Below the pieces are notes generated by a model. That model saw only the letters and a list, made by a program, of their open reading frames with translations, was not told the DNA's origin and did no database searches. DNA of 64,000 nt from Chrysomallon squamiferum. Taxonomy: Eukaryota; Animalia; Mollusca. The position numbers and the translations under genes were made by a program. The stretch is from assembly GCA_012295275.1 (NCBI GenBank), contig CM022675.1:12400001-12464000 (forward strand), given 5' to 3'. Positions 26,471 to 39,054 of the stretch are shown here, one piece after another (position 1 is the stretch's first letter; every line of letters begins with the position of its first letter).

Positions 26471-27691
26471 GTTTGTACAAACACATATACTTTCAGTTTG
26501 TACACACACATATACAAACATACATATACATACATATGTTCATACACACACATTTAAGATACATACATATGCAGCTTAGACATACACACACATAAACCAT
26601 TACAGAAATATACATCACTAGATATACATTCACATATAGGGCCTATGTACATACTTGCACACCCACACACATACATAGACAAATATAACATGACAGTAAT
26701 GACACAAATGTAGTGAAATTAATGAAAATATCAGTTTCAATAATTGATTAAAATATTTAATACAAATGAGTAAAATTAATTACTGCTAACGCAGTATTTT
26801 ATGAGAATGATTTTTAAAGTTGTCAGATTATTTACATAAGAACAAACCCTATAAACTTTCAGACTATTTAATAACACAGTTCAAAATTAATTCTTATTCT
26901 TAATTTTTTTTATTTCTATATACAAAATTACATGTTGTGAGTAATATGTAACAAATAGGAGACTGATGTTTAGTACAAAATCATTATTAAAATCAGTGAA
27001 AACTGATTTTTCACTGCACTCATTAATTTCCCAACCTAACTCACGTCTCATGTTAACGGCTATATTAAACTTAGTTAACTAGAAAACAGTTGTTATGACA
27101 CATTGTCTTGTTAGCCCCAGCAGCTGCAGTGAAGCAGATTTATCTGTCTGGAGTTACATAATTAATGATCTCACATGTTTTTTCTCACACTATCGCTTGT
27201 CAGATCTTCTTAATTATTAAACTGGGGGAAAATGATTCCTGTAACATTTACAATGTAACTCACACCTCTCTTTCAGTGACTCATAAGTAATTACTGAGTA
27301 ATGAGCTGTTACTCAGTGGTTTCAGGTACATGTAGATAACAATATTTCCCAATCTAACCACTGTTCCATGTCCGGTTTTTTGGAATGCATGAATACAAGG
27401 TGAAATGTATATGTTGCAAGATTAGTTTTGTCAGTGGATTTATTAGAATGTTAATCATTGTAGCCAGAAATTCATATACACGTATATGTATTTATGTATG
27501 TATATATTTATATATGTTGGTTGTATGTATGTAATGTGTGTGTGTGTGTGTGTTTATATATATAAGGAAAAAAGTTAAATATTGTTTTAGAGTATTAATT
27601 TTTTAATATAATGTATTATTTAGAAGGAATTTTTCATAAATCATTAATAAAATAAAATAAGATGAAATGAAATAGAATTTTAAAAAGTATG

Positions 27692-28266
27692 ACTAGTTTC
27701 ACATTTTGACTTCATATTAATAACAGTAAGAAGTAAAACTAGTTCTACATTTTGACTTCATATTAATAACAGTAAGCAGTAAAACTTGTTTCACATTTTG
27801 ACTTCATATTAATAACAGTAAGAAGTAAAACTAGTTTCACATTTTGACTTCATATTAATAACAGTAAGAAGTAAAACTAGTTTCACATTTTGACTTCGTA
27901 TTAATAACAGTAAGAAGTAAAACTAGTTTCACATTTTGACTTCGTATTAATAACAGTAAGAAGTAAAACTAGTTTCACATTTTGACTTTGTATTAATAAC
28001 AGTAAGCAGTAAAACTTGTTTCACATTTTGACTTCATATTAATAACAGTAAGCAGAAAAACTTGTTTCAAATTTTGACTTCATATTGATAACAGTAAGCA
28101 GTAAAACTTGTTTCATGTTAATAACAGTAAGTAGTAAAACTTGTTTCACATTTTGACTTCATATTGATAACAGTAAGCAGTAAAACTTGTTTCATGTTAA
28201 TAACAGTAAGCAGTAAAACTAGTTTCACATTTTGACTTCATATTGATATCAGTAAGCAGTAAAACT
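27692..28266. repeat. 46-bp minisatellite ACTAGTTTCACATTTTGACTTCATATTAATAACAGTAAGAAGTAAA, ~13 copies (two internally deleted)
   Basis: Period of 46 measured between 27692 and 27738. Confidence 0.96.
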
Positions 28267-28284
28267 GAGTCTCACATCTTCACT

Positions 28285-28515
28285 GCTCGGAAGTGGCTTC
28301 TTGAGGAAGTTTACAACTCTCATTAAAGCCTGTTTCCAGGGCTGCAGTAGTCAGCGCTGATAGGAAATCTTTAATCCACTCACAGATATACGTGCAAACA
28401 GCCAGACTGTGACAGCTTGTCACCAGTCCTTCAGATCGGATCCCCCAGGCCAAACAAAGTGATTAATATCATATTCAGGTCAAAGGTTCTTCATTGTTTG
28501 TGGCCCCAGGGCTGG
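28285..28515. promoter_or_regulatory. Candidate enhancer with ETS (CGGAAGT, AGGAAGT), TGACAGCTTGTCA, DR1-like AGGTCAAAGGTTC and AP-2-like GCCCCAGGGC motifs
   Basis: Locally GC/CpG-enriched complex sequence with several motif matches; no functional evidence. Confidence 0.35.
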
Positions 28516-28574
28516 AAATGACAAATCTTATCATTTCCTATGTCTACTGTGCAATAAACACGTTTGTAAGTGTA

Positions 28575-28619
<45 letters not shown>

Positions 28620-29779
28620 ATCAGTTATCTCGTTTCCTGTACATTTCATACAGATTGTCTCTTCTCACTCAAGTGCAAGATCACACTGTTATTGACATTT
28701 TAGATCAAACTGTTATGACTCATATATTACTACTGTGTTGTATAATACACAATATGTTACATATGTGGTATTGTACTACATCATATGTTATATGTGTATG
28801 TTGTAATACACTGTGTATGACACCAGTTTATTGTACTGTATAGTATGTATAGTGTATTACTCTTGTGTATTTTACTATAAATTGTATTACAATAGTGTAT
28901 AGCACAGTAATCTATAGTCCACTATGCATTAATGAGTTTTACAGTAATAATTCATTATTACTATACAACATCATACTAAACTACACTATGTATAATAATA
29001 AAGTATACTTAGTTCTGTGTAATGAATACCTTTATTTGTCTTTTATTTAGGACATATCAAAATATGCAAACTCATACACACACACACACACACACCTGTT
29101 TATTATTATTATTTTATTTCCTAATGCTAAGACTAATTTTACAAGTAATATTCAGAGTTAATGTAACTGCTCAAGGCACTACTAGTATTTATTATCATTA
29201 AAATCTATTTCTGTAAAATTACTTCCTTTTAATATCAAACAAATTATACAAAAAATAGTTATGATAAATAAATAAATAAATAAATGAATAAATAAATAAA
29301 TAAATAAATAAATAAATGAAGTAAAATAAAGTTTAACGTGTTCATTATGTTGTACATTGGATAACGATGCTGTTGTGTTAGTTTACACTAATATCAGTAT
29401 CTTCATATAATTCTTTTAATGTTTAGTCAGATTAAAGCAACTGCAAATTACACACACACCAAATATGCCAAATATGCAAACTCATACACACACACATTAA
29501 CACACACACACACGCATGCACACACACACACAGAGATACACAGACGCACGCACGCACACAGACAGACACACACACACAGACATACAGACACACACAGACA
29601 GACAGACAGACACAGTGAGAATGAGTAAGAAATACTGAAAAAAATGAAAGTGGGAGGGATAGAGAGAGAGAGATGGAGAAAGAGAATTAAGGAATGGAGG
29701 GAGAGAAGGAGAGAGAAATAGAAGAAAATGAGGGATGAGGGGAGGTAGAGAGAGTACATTATTATTACTACTACTACTG

Positions 29780-29832
<53 letters not shown>

Positions 29833-30017
29833 TCCTTGATATTTGTTCAGCTAACTATAAATATAAAATAATTACCATAATAACAGCATAGTTTCACACA
29901 CACACACACACACATATTGATTATATAATTTACTCTGCTATCAAATCTCACATCTCTTCATTTCCAATTTACTTTCTGATGAAATTTATAAGTGCTGGTT
30001 GACCTTAATTCTTGCAA

Positions 30018-30225
30018 AAACAGGACTGTACACACATTTAATAAATTTCTTAACTTTCTTAAACAGGGCTGTACACACATTTAATAAATTTCTTAACTTT
30101 CTTAAACAGGGCTGTACACACATTTAATAAATTTCTTAACTTTCTTAAACAGGGCTGTACACACATTTAATAAATTTCTTAACTTTCTTAAACAGGGCTG
30201 TACACACATTTAATAAATTTCTTAA
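30018..30225. repeat. 43-bp tandem repeat AAACAGGGCTGTACACACATTTAATAAATTTCTTAACTTTCTT, ~5 copies
   Basis: Period of 43 measured between 30061 and 30104. Confidence 0.95.
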
Positions 30226-30591
30226 GTTTTGCCAGCTGTTGTCGATGCAGTATTGAATGGAAAACTGAAAAAAAGTGAGCCAGGTGTCAACATGCAGACA
30301 GTTTGAGCCAGTCGCAGTGTTGACAGATGGTGTATATCTTACACTATTGATTTAAAGTCTGATTGTTTTTTGTAAGTTACTGTGACCCAGCTGTCAGTAC
30401 TGGGTGTGTTCTGAGATCACTAGCACAGAGACATGCCCCACACACAGATCAGTTTATAGAGATTCATGTTTGTCCTAATTCTTAGGATAACTGTAATAAG
30501 ATTCTGATATTTGCCAGTGTACCAGTAGTTCGGTTACAGTACATAATATTTGATATTTGATATATTTGTATGTGTGTGTATATATATATAT

Positions 30592-30695
30592 ATATTTCAC
30601 AGATGTATTATTAATTTATATATATATATATATTAATTTTCACTGTTTTATATATATATATAACAGTTAAAAGTAATATTACATCTGTGAAATAT
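30592..30695. repeat. Inverted repeat centred on (TA)n
   Basis: Outer arms ATATTTCACAGATGTATTATTA / TAATATTACATCTGTGAAATAT (21 of 22 match); inner arms TTTTCACTGTT / AACAGTTAAAA (10 of 11). Confidence 0.85.
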
Positions 30696-31038
30696 TTTTG
30701 TACATAACAAAACAAATATTACAACTTTAAAACAAAGTAAAACACTTATTTAAAAGTTATAATTAGTACCTGTTGTTGTTGTTGTCACTGAACAAAATGC
30801 TGACAACAGCAAACGTGTCCTTAAACTTTAGATAATAAATAAACTTTTGTAAAGGTTTCATGTCAAATACAGGTAATTCAAGACAAACAATACACTTGAT
30901 TCAGTTACATACACACACACTAACTCACAGAATACAAGATTATATACTTCAGATACCAGTAATAGACGAATATTTATTATCTTTAGTCCATATTAAAAAC
31001 AAGAATAGGATATAAATTAATGAAGAGTGGATTGTCAG

Positions 31039-31138
31039 AGGATCTATCCCCCTTAGTTCTGTTTATAGATTATTAATCATTCCAACCTGTGCTCATTGAC
31101 CTGCATTTCAAAGACTAGGGTATGTGTTACCTGTCTGT
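31039..31138 (+). mobile_element. Highly decayed SINE fragment (same family as 22985-23192)
   Basis: GGATCTATCCC (B-box-like)...TTCCAACCTGTGCTC...CAAAGACTAGGGTATGTGTTACCTGTCTGT. Confidence 0.5.
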
Positions 31139-31295
31139 ATAAATTAACTTCATGTTAATATGTTAAATGGTTAGAAAAAAAATGGTTTTCTTTCTTGTAT
31201 AATAGCATTAAACACAAACAGTGCTTAGTAACAGATAATATTGAGTCTTAAAAGTAGTTAATAATAATAATAATAATAGTAGCAGTAGCAGTAGC

Positions 31296-31337
<42 letters not shown>

Positions 31338-31427
31338 TGTGGTGGTAGTAGTAAAAGATTTAAAAAGAAATAAAGAATGAGAGAGTATTGCAATGTTTTT
31401 GCAGTTAGCTAGATGACAGTAACATAA

Positions 31428-31476
<49 letters not shown>

Positions 31477-31829
31477 TAGCTAGATGACAGTAACATAATG
31501 TAGCTTTATTAATCTGATCTCCAGGGAGCCACACTTCACTGCTAGAATGGGAAATCATGTAATTGGTTTATTGAGTAGCATTGATCTTACAGCCTCCAGC
31601 ATCACCCACAGCGTATCTGCAGTGCACTGTCTTCAAATGAGCTTAAATACACAACAAGTCAGAGAAAATTAGTATTTTTATACAACAAAACATGTGATTT
31701 TATTTCACTTTTTGAATGCTTGTAAAAACAACAGTCACCGCACTGTATTACTGAAGATTGTGTATTTTGATTTGATTTAAAAAGAAATAAAAATATTATA
31801 TCCTTTTAAAACAAAAATTTACCAAATCT

Positions 31830-32315
31830 GTTGTCATTACTATTGATTCAGCTTAATAAGAAATAGAAATCTTTTCATAATTTAGCAAAAGTTAAACACA
31901 TTAGTGACGTTTATTGATCTGAATTAGTAATGACTGCATCAGTTTCATCCTGTCATATTGTCACACTGAAAGCTATTGATTTTCACTGACAAGGAATGGA
32001 CATGTTTTCAAAACAAGAATTTCAGTGTCACATTTTAGTTAGAATCAGTTAATTTTAGTCGGGAGTACAACTGTGACAACACATTGTGACACTGACATGT
32101 ATTGATTTAAGTTGTGAAAGAATGAACACTATCAGAATGAGAATTTATAGATGTCACATATGTCAGAAAATTGTATTGATTTAACAAAGACATATTTACA
32201 TACACAAAATCTGGGATATGGTTGTAAACTGATCTGGGTTAGTAAGGATTGTCAGATATCATTTCAAAACACCAGTGTCTCCTGTCACACCTAGAACAGC
32301 TCGGGTATTGATTTC
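31830..32315. promoter_or_regulatory. Cluster of six TATTGAT (Onecut/Cut-like) and about a dozen TGACA/TGTCA (TALE-like) motifs
   Basis: TATTGAT at 31841, 31912, 31974, 32100, 32174 and 32306, all on the same strand. Confidence 0.5.
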
Positions 32316-32329
32316 AGCCAATAAGCTAT

Positions 32330-32640
32330 GGATTCCGTCCACATACTGACCGTGTGATTAACATCGGCTGGTCAAACACTGACCACCTCGCTCCTCACAG
32401 CTCCTGTACATTGGCGACGATGTAGCGGTGATGCTGTAAATTGCTTTACTGCGGCGCTTCCACACTCAGCCAATCTGGAAGTGATGCCTCAGATTGCTTT
32501 TTGGTCCACGGAATTCATCTGGTGTTTCTTGCACAAAGCTGTGATGTGATTGAAGGAGAAAATAACATTACGAGGCCTCTTTGTTTGCAGAATGAAGCTT
32601 ATTGTGAGAAGATTTTCACTCGGAAGTTTGGTGCTTTTCA
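32330..32640 (+). promoter_or_regulatory. CpG-retaining promoter-like island (CCAAT box, ETS-like GGAAGT sites); possible alternative promoter
   Basis: Many CpGs compared with the flanks; AGCCAATCTGGAAGTG at ~32468; CGGAAGT at ~32621. Confidence 0.4.
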
Positions 32641-33592
32641 TGTAAATCTTTCACTGAAGATTTCTGCTTGGTTATTTTTCAAGTTTCAGCAACAATAGAA
32701 TTGTTTTTTCAATTCTACAGAATATCTGAATATTGTTCTTTTACATCAGTACTTCGTTTTTTTAAATTTGTATTTTTCCTTTTTTAAATTTGCATTTTGT
32801 TTTTTAAAAGCTCTATTTTGTTTTTTTAAATCCATATTTTGTTTTTAAAATCAGTCTTTCTTTTAAATCCATTCTTTTATAATCCATATTTAATTTTTTT
32901 TAAAATCCACATTTCATTTTATTATTTTTTAAAATAAAATCTAAATAGCATTTTTAAGTTCATATTTTTATTATTTTCATATCATTTTTAAATTCACATA
33001 CCATGTGTTTTTTTGTTTGTTTTTTTAATCTCACATTATAAAGGAAATAAATATTAAACAGAATTAACTTTTTATTATTCAAAAAACATTTTATATATTT
33101 TTTTCATTTTAAAACAAAATACAGATTGTTAAATGACTCATTTATGCTTTCAACAACAGCAAACATTGTCAGAACAGTACATGAAAACTGATGACTACAT
33201 TGGTAATATTAATTATTTCTGATAATAAAAAAATCTTTTTTGCCTATAAATTTTTCATGAATATTCTGCTTCACGTTTTTGTAATCTTCTATTCAAGAAA
33301 TGTCTTGCAATTCCCATTCTACTCAGTGCTCCATTATTCTGAAAGGCAATGGTATTTGCTGTTATCTCTTTGAAATATAAAATATTCCTTTGCTTGCTTC
33401 TATTAATAGTAACCATGAATTGCTGGAATGAACTTCACAGCTAATAAAATTGTTATTATCTTTTATCTACATTTTACTTTCTTCTTCCTTTCAGTCTGTT
33501 CCTCTTTCTCTACAAGTTTTTATTTTTATTTATCATTTCTTTCATTCATTTTTCATTCTCTCTCTATATATCTCTCTGGCTTTCTATTTCAA

Positions 33593-33780
<188 letters not shown>

Positions 33781-33934
33781 TTTACCAGCATCTCTCTCTC
33801 TATTTATTTTCTCTTAATTAAAATTTTTAAATTAATCACTGAAAAATATAAACATATTTTTATAACCATGCCATACTTTCTTACAATATGAATAGTTAGA
33901 TTTTACATTAAAATTTACAAATAAAGCTTATCAC

Positions 33935-33975
<41 letters not shown>

Positions 33976-34425
33976 ATATATCTGAATTAATACTTTGATT
34001 GTCTGCAAAGATTCAACAGAATCTGTTTCTAAAAATCAATAAAAGGTAAAAAAAAAAAAAAAAAAAATATAATAATAAGATAAAAAAAATCTGAGTTAAA
34101 AATACATTAGACGTCTTTTCTTGACTTGATGGATTTAGAAAAAAACTTAGATTAATTTTTCTTCAGTAATTGTCTCATTCTTTTCTTAATATAATTTTAA
34201 TGTGTTTTGTGTATGTGATGTGTTTTTTGTGTATGTGATGTGTACTGTGCCTGAATGTTTATACATACATGAATGTGTGTATGTTTGCATTTTATTGTGC
34301 ATGTGTGTGTGTGTCTGAACTAATCTTTTGAAACTTGACAAGATTTTAACTTCTCATTAAAAACTAAAAATTTCTTTATAAACAAATTCTTACAGTTCCA
34401 TTACACTTTGTAAGAAGAACACAAA

Positions 34426-34426
<1 letters not shown>

Positions 34427-34503
<77 letters not shown>

Positions 34504-34518
34504 GTATTTATATATATG

Positions 34519-34575
<57 letters not shown>

Positions 34576-34590
34576 GATATATATATATAT
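34427..34590. repeat. (TA)n microsatellite
   Basis: Directly visible. Confidence 0.95.
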
Positions 34591-34857
34591 TCAGTAAATG
34601 TTAGAAAGCTTCAAACAGAAAATACCAGACTTTCATCACCTTGTTTCTTTAATTTCTGTCTTCTTTCTTTTTCTCCTTTTTGTTCTTCGAGTGATAATTG
34701 GTTTCAGTCAGTTGTACTGTACTTGACTTCTCACTGAAACAATGTTGATGATGGCTCAGTTTCTTTTTTCTTCTTCTTTTTCTTTAAACATGATTCTGCG
34801 TTACAAAGTTTTTGAGATAGATGGATTTACATTTTGTCTATTTGCATTTCTATGCAG

Positions 34858-35091
34858 CTAATGAGAAAACACAAATGGATTTTTAGATCTGGCAAAACAG
34901 ATTTGAGTTGTGGATCCTTCAGGACTTTACAGGATGAAGATTTGACAAAAAATGGAAGAAAGAGCAGAAAAAGTGTTTATTGGCTTCAGCCAGGATGTCA
35001 AGGAAAAAATGTAACCCTAGATTAGCTTCTTGGAAAATGTAAAAATTCTGTTTTAAATTGAAACGTTCAGGGAATAGATGATGGGTCAGTG
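34858..35091 (+). other. Candidate internal 234-bp exon (5' UTR, possibly ending in a start ATG ATG GGT CAG TG)
   Basis: Acceptor TTTGCATTTCTATGCAG at 34857, donor G|GTAAGA at 35092, and a purine/GAA-rich body against T-rich flanks. Confidence 0.45.
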
Positions 35092-35879
35092 GTAAGAAAA
35101 CTTTCCCAAGCCAATTCAAATCTTCTTTGTGCAAGTACAAAGCTATTTCATATCCTAGCCAGTTCCTTGTGTCTGTTTTTTGCAAATTCCATTATAAGTT
35201 CTTTCATGTTTATGGAATGGTTTATATAAAATACTTATTTTTGCTACTCAGTAAGAGCAGCATGTGTGATAGGAATTTTAGTTTATTTTTTGTGTTTTTT
35301 TCATGTCTCTGTGTTATAAGTGTGACTGACAAATAGCAACTGTTACATTAATGTGTTGAACTGTTAATTAAACTTTATCTTCTTCTTCTTCTTCTTATTC
35401 TTGTTTAAACCACAGAATGGCACAGCTGATCATTGTTGCAATGTTAAACAGTCATCCATTCATTCATTTAGTCTTTAATTTTTTTAATAATAATAGTAGT
35501 AACACAGTTATATAAATAGCACAATTAAAACAACAATTGCAACAATAATAATAAGAAGAAGAAGAAGAAGAAGAATTATGATAATGATGTTGATGCTGAT
35601 AATTGAAAACATCTTAAAAAATCTATAATGATTATTAATACTAAATAAACAGTATAATATAATATAATGTAATGTAATTTAGTATAGTATAGTGTAATAT
35701 AATATAATATAATATAATATAATATAATATAATATAATATAATATAATATAATATAATATAATTGTATAATAACTAAAAAGAGAAAATACTTGTTAAAAA
35801 AAGAAAGAAAGCAGATATATATATATATGTATATGTGTGTATTTTGTTTTTACTGGTCATTTGTCTTGTGATCTCGGAT

Positions 35880-36262
35880 TACCTGTCATGAAGATTAGAG
35901 ACAGTCAGGTATAAAGAGATTAGTTTCATGTTTACCTGTGCAGGTATTAAGTTTCAAACTGAAAACCTCCTGCCAGCTAACATCACCTGAAATGAGCTCT
36001 GGTTATCTTGTGGAAACAGAACAGGTGTGATAGGTGTGTTGCTACCTGGATAAACGTGATCTGTTCTATCACATCAGTCTACACATTCTTTTGTAGATTA
36101 CAGGTGAACAGTTTTCTACCTGGACACACCTTTAACCTACATTTTGTATTTTTTTTCCCAGGCTGGTATTGTTTTTAATCTTTGTATCTTGCAGATGTTA
36201 ATACAGGGAAAACAGATGGTTCATACGTCTGTACGTTAGTTAGTTGAGAGGTGAACCAGGTG
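35880..36262. promoter_or_regulatory. Cluster of ten CAGGTA/CAGGTG motifs on both strands
   Basis: Sites at 35880, 35906, 35933, 35941, 35984, 36022, 36043, 36101, 36117 and 36257, in non-tandem sequence. Confidence 0.6.
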
Positions 36263-36409
36263 AAAGATTAATTATTTTTAACCAGCTACTTCCTACAGCT
36301 CTTTATAAACTCAGTAATTACTGTGTAAGATTTTATACCAGAACATATCCATTTTCATTCCTTTATCTCAGTGTGTTGACTGCATTTCAGTAATATAATC
36401 TTTACATGA

Positions 36410-36553
36410 GGTGTGGCAGTACCTGGGATCAATTCTTCTTGACTCATTTCAGCAAGAGCCATGACTGGTGTATAAAAATAATGGTACATTGTTTTCCCTG
36501 TTTATGGGAAGGTGCATGCATATAAATGCTTACTGCTTAAAAAGAGCAGCCAG
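36410..36553 (+). mobile_element. Decayed SINE copy (same family); a further head fragment at ~36990-37045
   Basis: GGGATCAATTC...CATGACTGGTGTATAAAA...CCTGTTTATGGGAAGGTGCAT...AAAGAGCAGCC parallels 22985-23080. Confidence 0.55.
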
Positions 36554-37078
36554 TTACACTGTGCAAATTGATGTATTCTAATGCAAAGTTTGTCAGTTCT
36601 ACAAACCATCTCAATAACCCAGCATATTAAAACACAATGTCTGACTGTCTGTCTGTCCTAAACAAACACAGATGCTATTTTCTATACCAGTTTGCTCTAT
36701 TTCCAATTGCTTTTGTCAGCAGGGCTGAAGTGACAAAATAATAATTGGAGCTCTTATCAGGATAATAGCATCTTGTTATTTTTTTTAACCTGAAATTTGT
36801 CATGGAGTGCACAGAATAAGGCATTTGATGATAAATCAATGATGATGTATAGAAATAGCTATTTATAATTATGTTACATGTAACATAACAAGTGTGAGTC
36901 TCTTTCAAGGTTATCTTTTTCTTTGTGTGAGCAGTTTTGATATTTTAAATTAATTGTGATTGTAAAGTGGTGGCAGGGTACCTTGATGGTGGATTGCAGG
37001 ATCAATTCTTCTTCATGCAGCTACTGAATTATTTCCCAATCCAACTAATATATTTTCCAAATCATGAGGCTGCAGTGA

Positions 37079-37155
<77 letters not shown>

Positions 37156-37515
37156 TCTCTCTCATTTTCTTACACATATGTCTACACTGATTTTAACCAC
37201 ACATTCATGGCCAAACAGCAGTAAATTAAACAAGTTCAGACAGTGTTGTTAAAACATCTTCACTGCTTCACAAATTAGTGTCAGGTTATTAGTAACAGTG
37301 CAGTGTAACTGGAATCCATGACATCTTTGTTGAGGAGATGCCAGTTTTCAATTTACTTACAATTACTTTCAAACATCTACCTAATTCTCTTCTGTATTAG
37401 ACAGTTATTTCTAAACAAAGGTATGTTTATTTGATTGAACTGTGAGACATGAACACTTATGTAAAATACATGTTTGGTTTTTAAGGTAATGACTTTTAAG
37501 AAATAATCTTATATT

Positions 37516-37630
37516 TTGTGTGTGTGTGTGTCTGTGTGTATGTGTGTGTCTGTATGTGTGTGTGTCTGTATGTTTGTATGTCTATATGTTTGTATGTTTG
37601 TGTGTGTGTTTGTATATGTGTGTGTCTGTA

Positions 37631-37686
<56 letters not shown>

Positions 37687-37689
37687 TAT

Positions 37690-37728
<39 letters not shown>

Positions 37729-37922
37729 TGTATGTTTGTGTGTCTGTGTGTGTTTGTGTATCTTTGTGTGTGTATGTTTGTATGTTTGTGTGTGTCTGTG
37801 TGTGTTTGTGTATCGTTTGTGTGTGTATGTTTGTATGTGTGTGTGTGTATGTGTGTGTGTCTGTATGTTTGTGTGACTGTGTGTCTGTGTGTGTTTGTGT
37901 ATCTTTGTGTGTGTGTGTGTGT
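37516..37922. repeat. Compound (GT)n microsatellite
   Basis: Directly visible; similar GT/CA tracts at ~15430, 18577, 24100, 43627, 47280 and 61707. Confidence 0.95.
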
Positions 37923-39054
37923 TTCAGAATTAGTAGTATTTTTTAAATGTTGTTTTTAGGATTTTATTATATGTTAAAACAAAACAATTACAAATACATT
38001 TTTAATTTATTTTAATTTTTTTTTTTCCTTTATGATGACAAACTTTAATCTTTTAAACAGAATGATCTAAATTTCATTACTTTTATAACATAATAAAGTA
38101 TGATATGTATGAAAGGAGTTATTTACTTTTCGTGACAGTATTATTTAAGAAAACATCTTGGCCTGCCATTAACTTGTATCGGTACTCCAGCACCAAATAA
38201 GAAACAGATGCAGTGATGTTTTTTTGCCAGGTAAACTGGGGTTATGGAAAGTTGTTTTTTTTCACTATACAGCCCTAGACTACTTCATCAAATAATACCA
38301 CTGGAATGTTCAGAATGGAATTGCTTGGTTACCATGGAGAACTGTTGAGTTACTATGGAGAACTGACTTGCATATGGTAACAATTGGCTTGGTTATGGAA
38401 GTAAGATTTGGAAAGGATTTGTCAGGTTTTTATCACATGTTATGTGGCAGAGTTATTAGTGGAATATTTAATGTGCTATTTATCCAGTGTTAAATTTTAT
38501 ATTGGATTTTATACGTAATAATATCGATAGTGTTATGTGAAAGAGGTATTTCATGTTAGGGTAATACAGTTTGAAAACGACTTAATTAGTTTTGTTTCAT
38601 TTTCCTTTTTTCTCATTGAAACTTTTTGTTTTTCTAATTGATTTATAGATATTACTTTTCTAGATTTTATGATGCAATTTGTTTTATGTAACTGTTCTGG
38701 CAGGATTTTGTTTTAATTTTTAATTTTTTTATTATTATTAGACTTATTAAATTATAAAATGAGAGAGAGATACAGAGATAGAAAGAAAGAAAGAGAACAT
38801 TAGAGAGACAAAGACAGAGATAGAGATAAAAAAGAGGTATATTAAGACTGACAGAAAGACAAAGGCAGAAAGAAGACAAAGAAAGAGAGGAGAAAAAGAT
38901 GAATGAAATAGGAGAAAGCTGAAGGACAATAAAGAATGAGTGAGGAAAAGAGAGAGAAATAAAAAGAAGATAAAAAAAGAGAGAAAGAGAGTAGAAATCC
39001 CTGAACATTATATTAGTGAAGTACTAGTTAACAAATATTCTTTTGCAAAAACAG

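Noticed and set aside
36798-36820. Partial matches to conserved miRNAs (TGTCATGGAG here, TCACAACCTG at ~25776, GTGAGCAAA at ~46979)
   Set aside because: Only seed-length matches; the rest of the mature sequence and a hairpin are absent.
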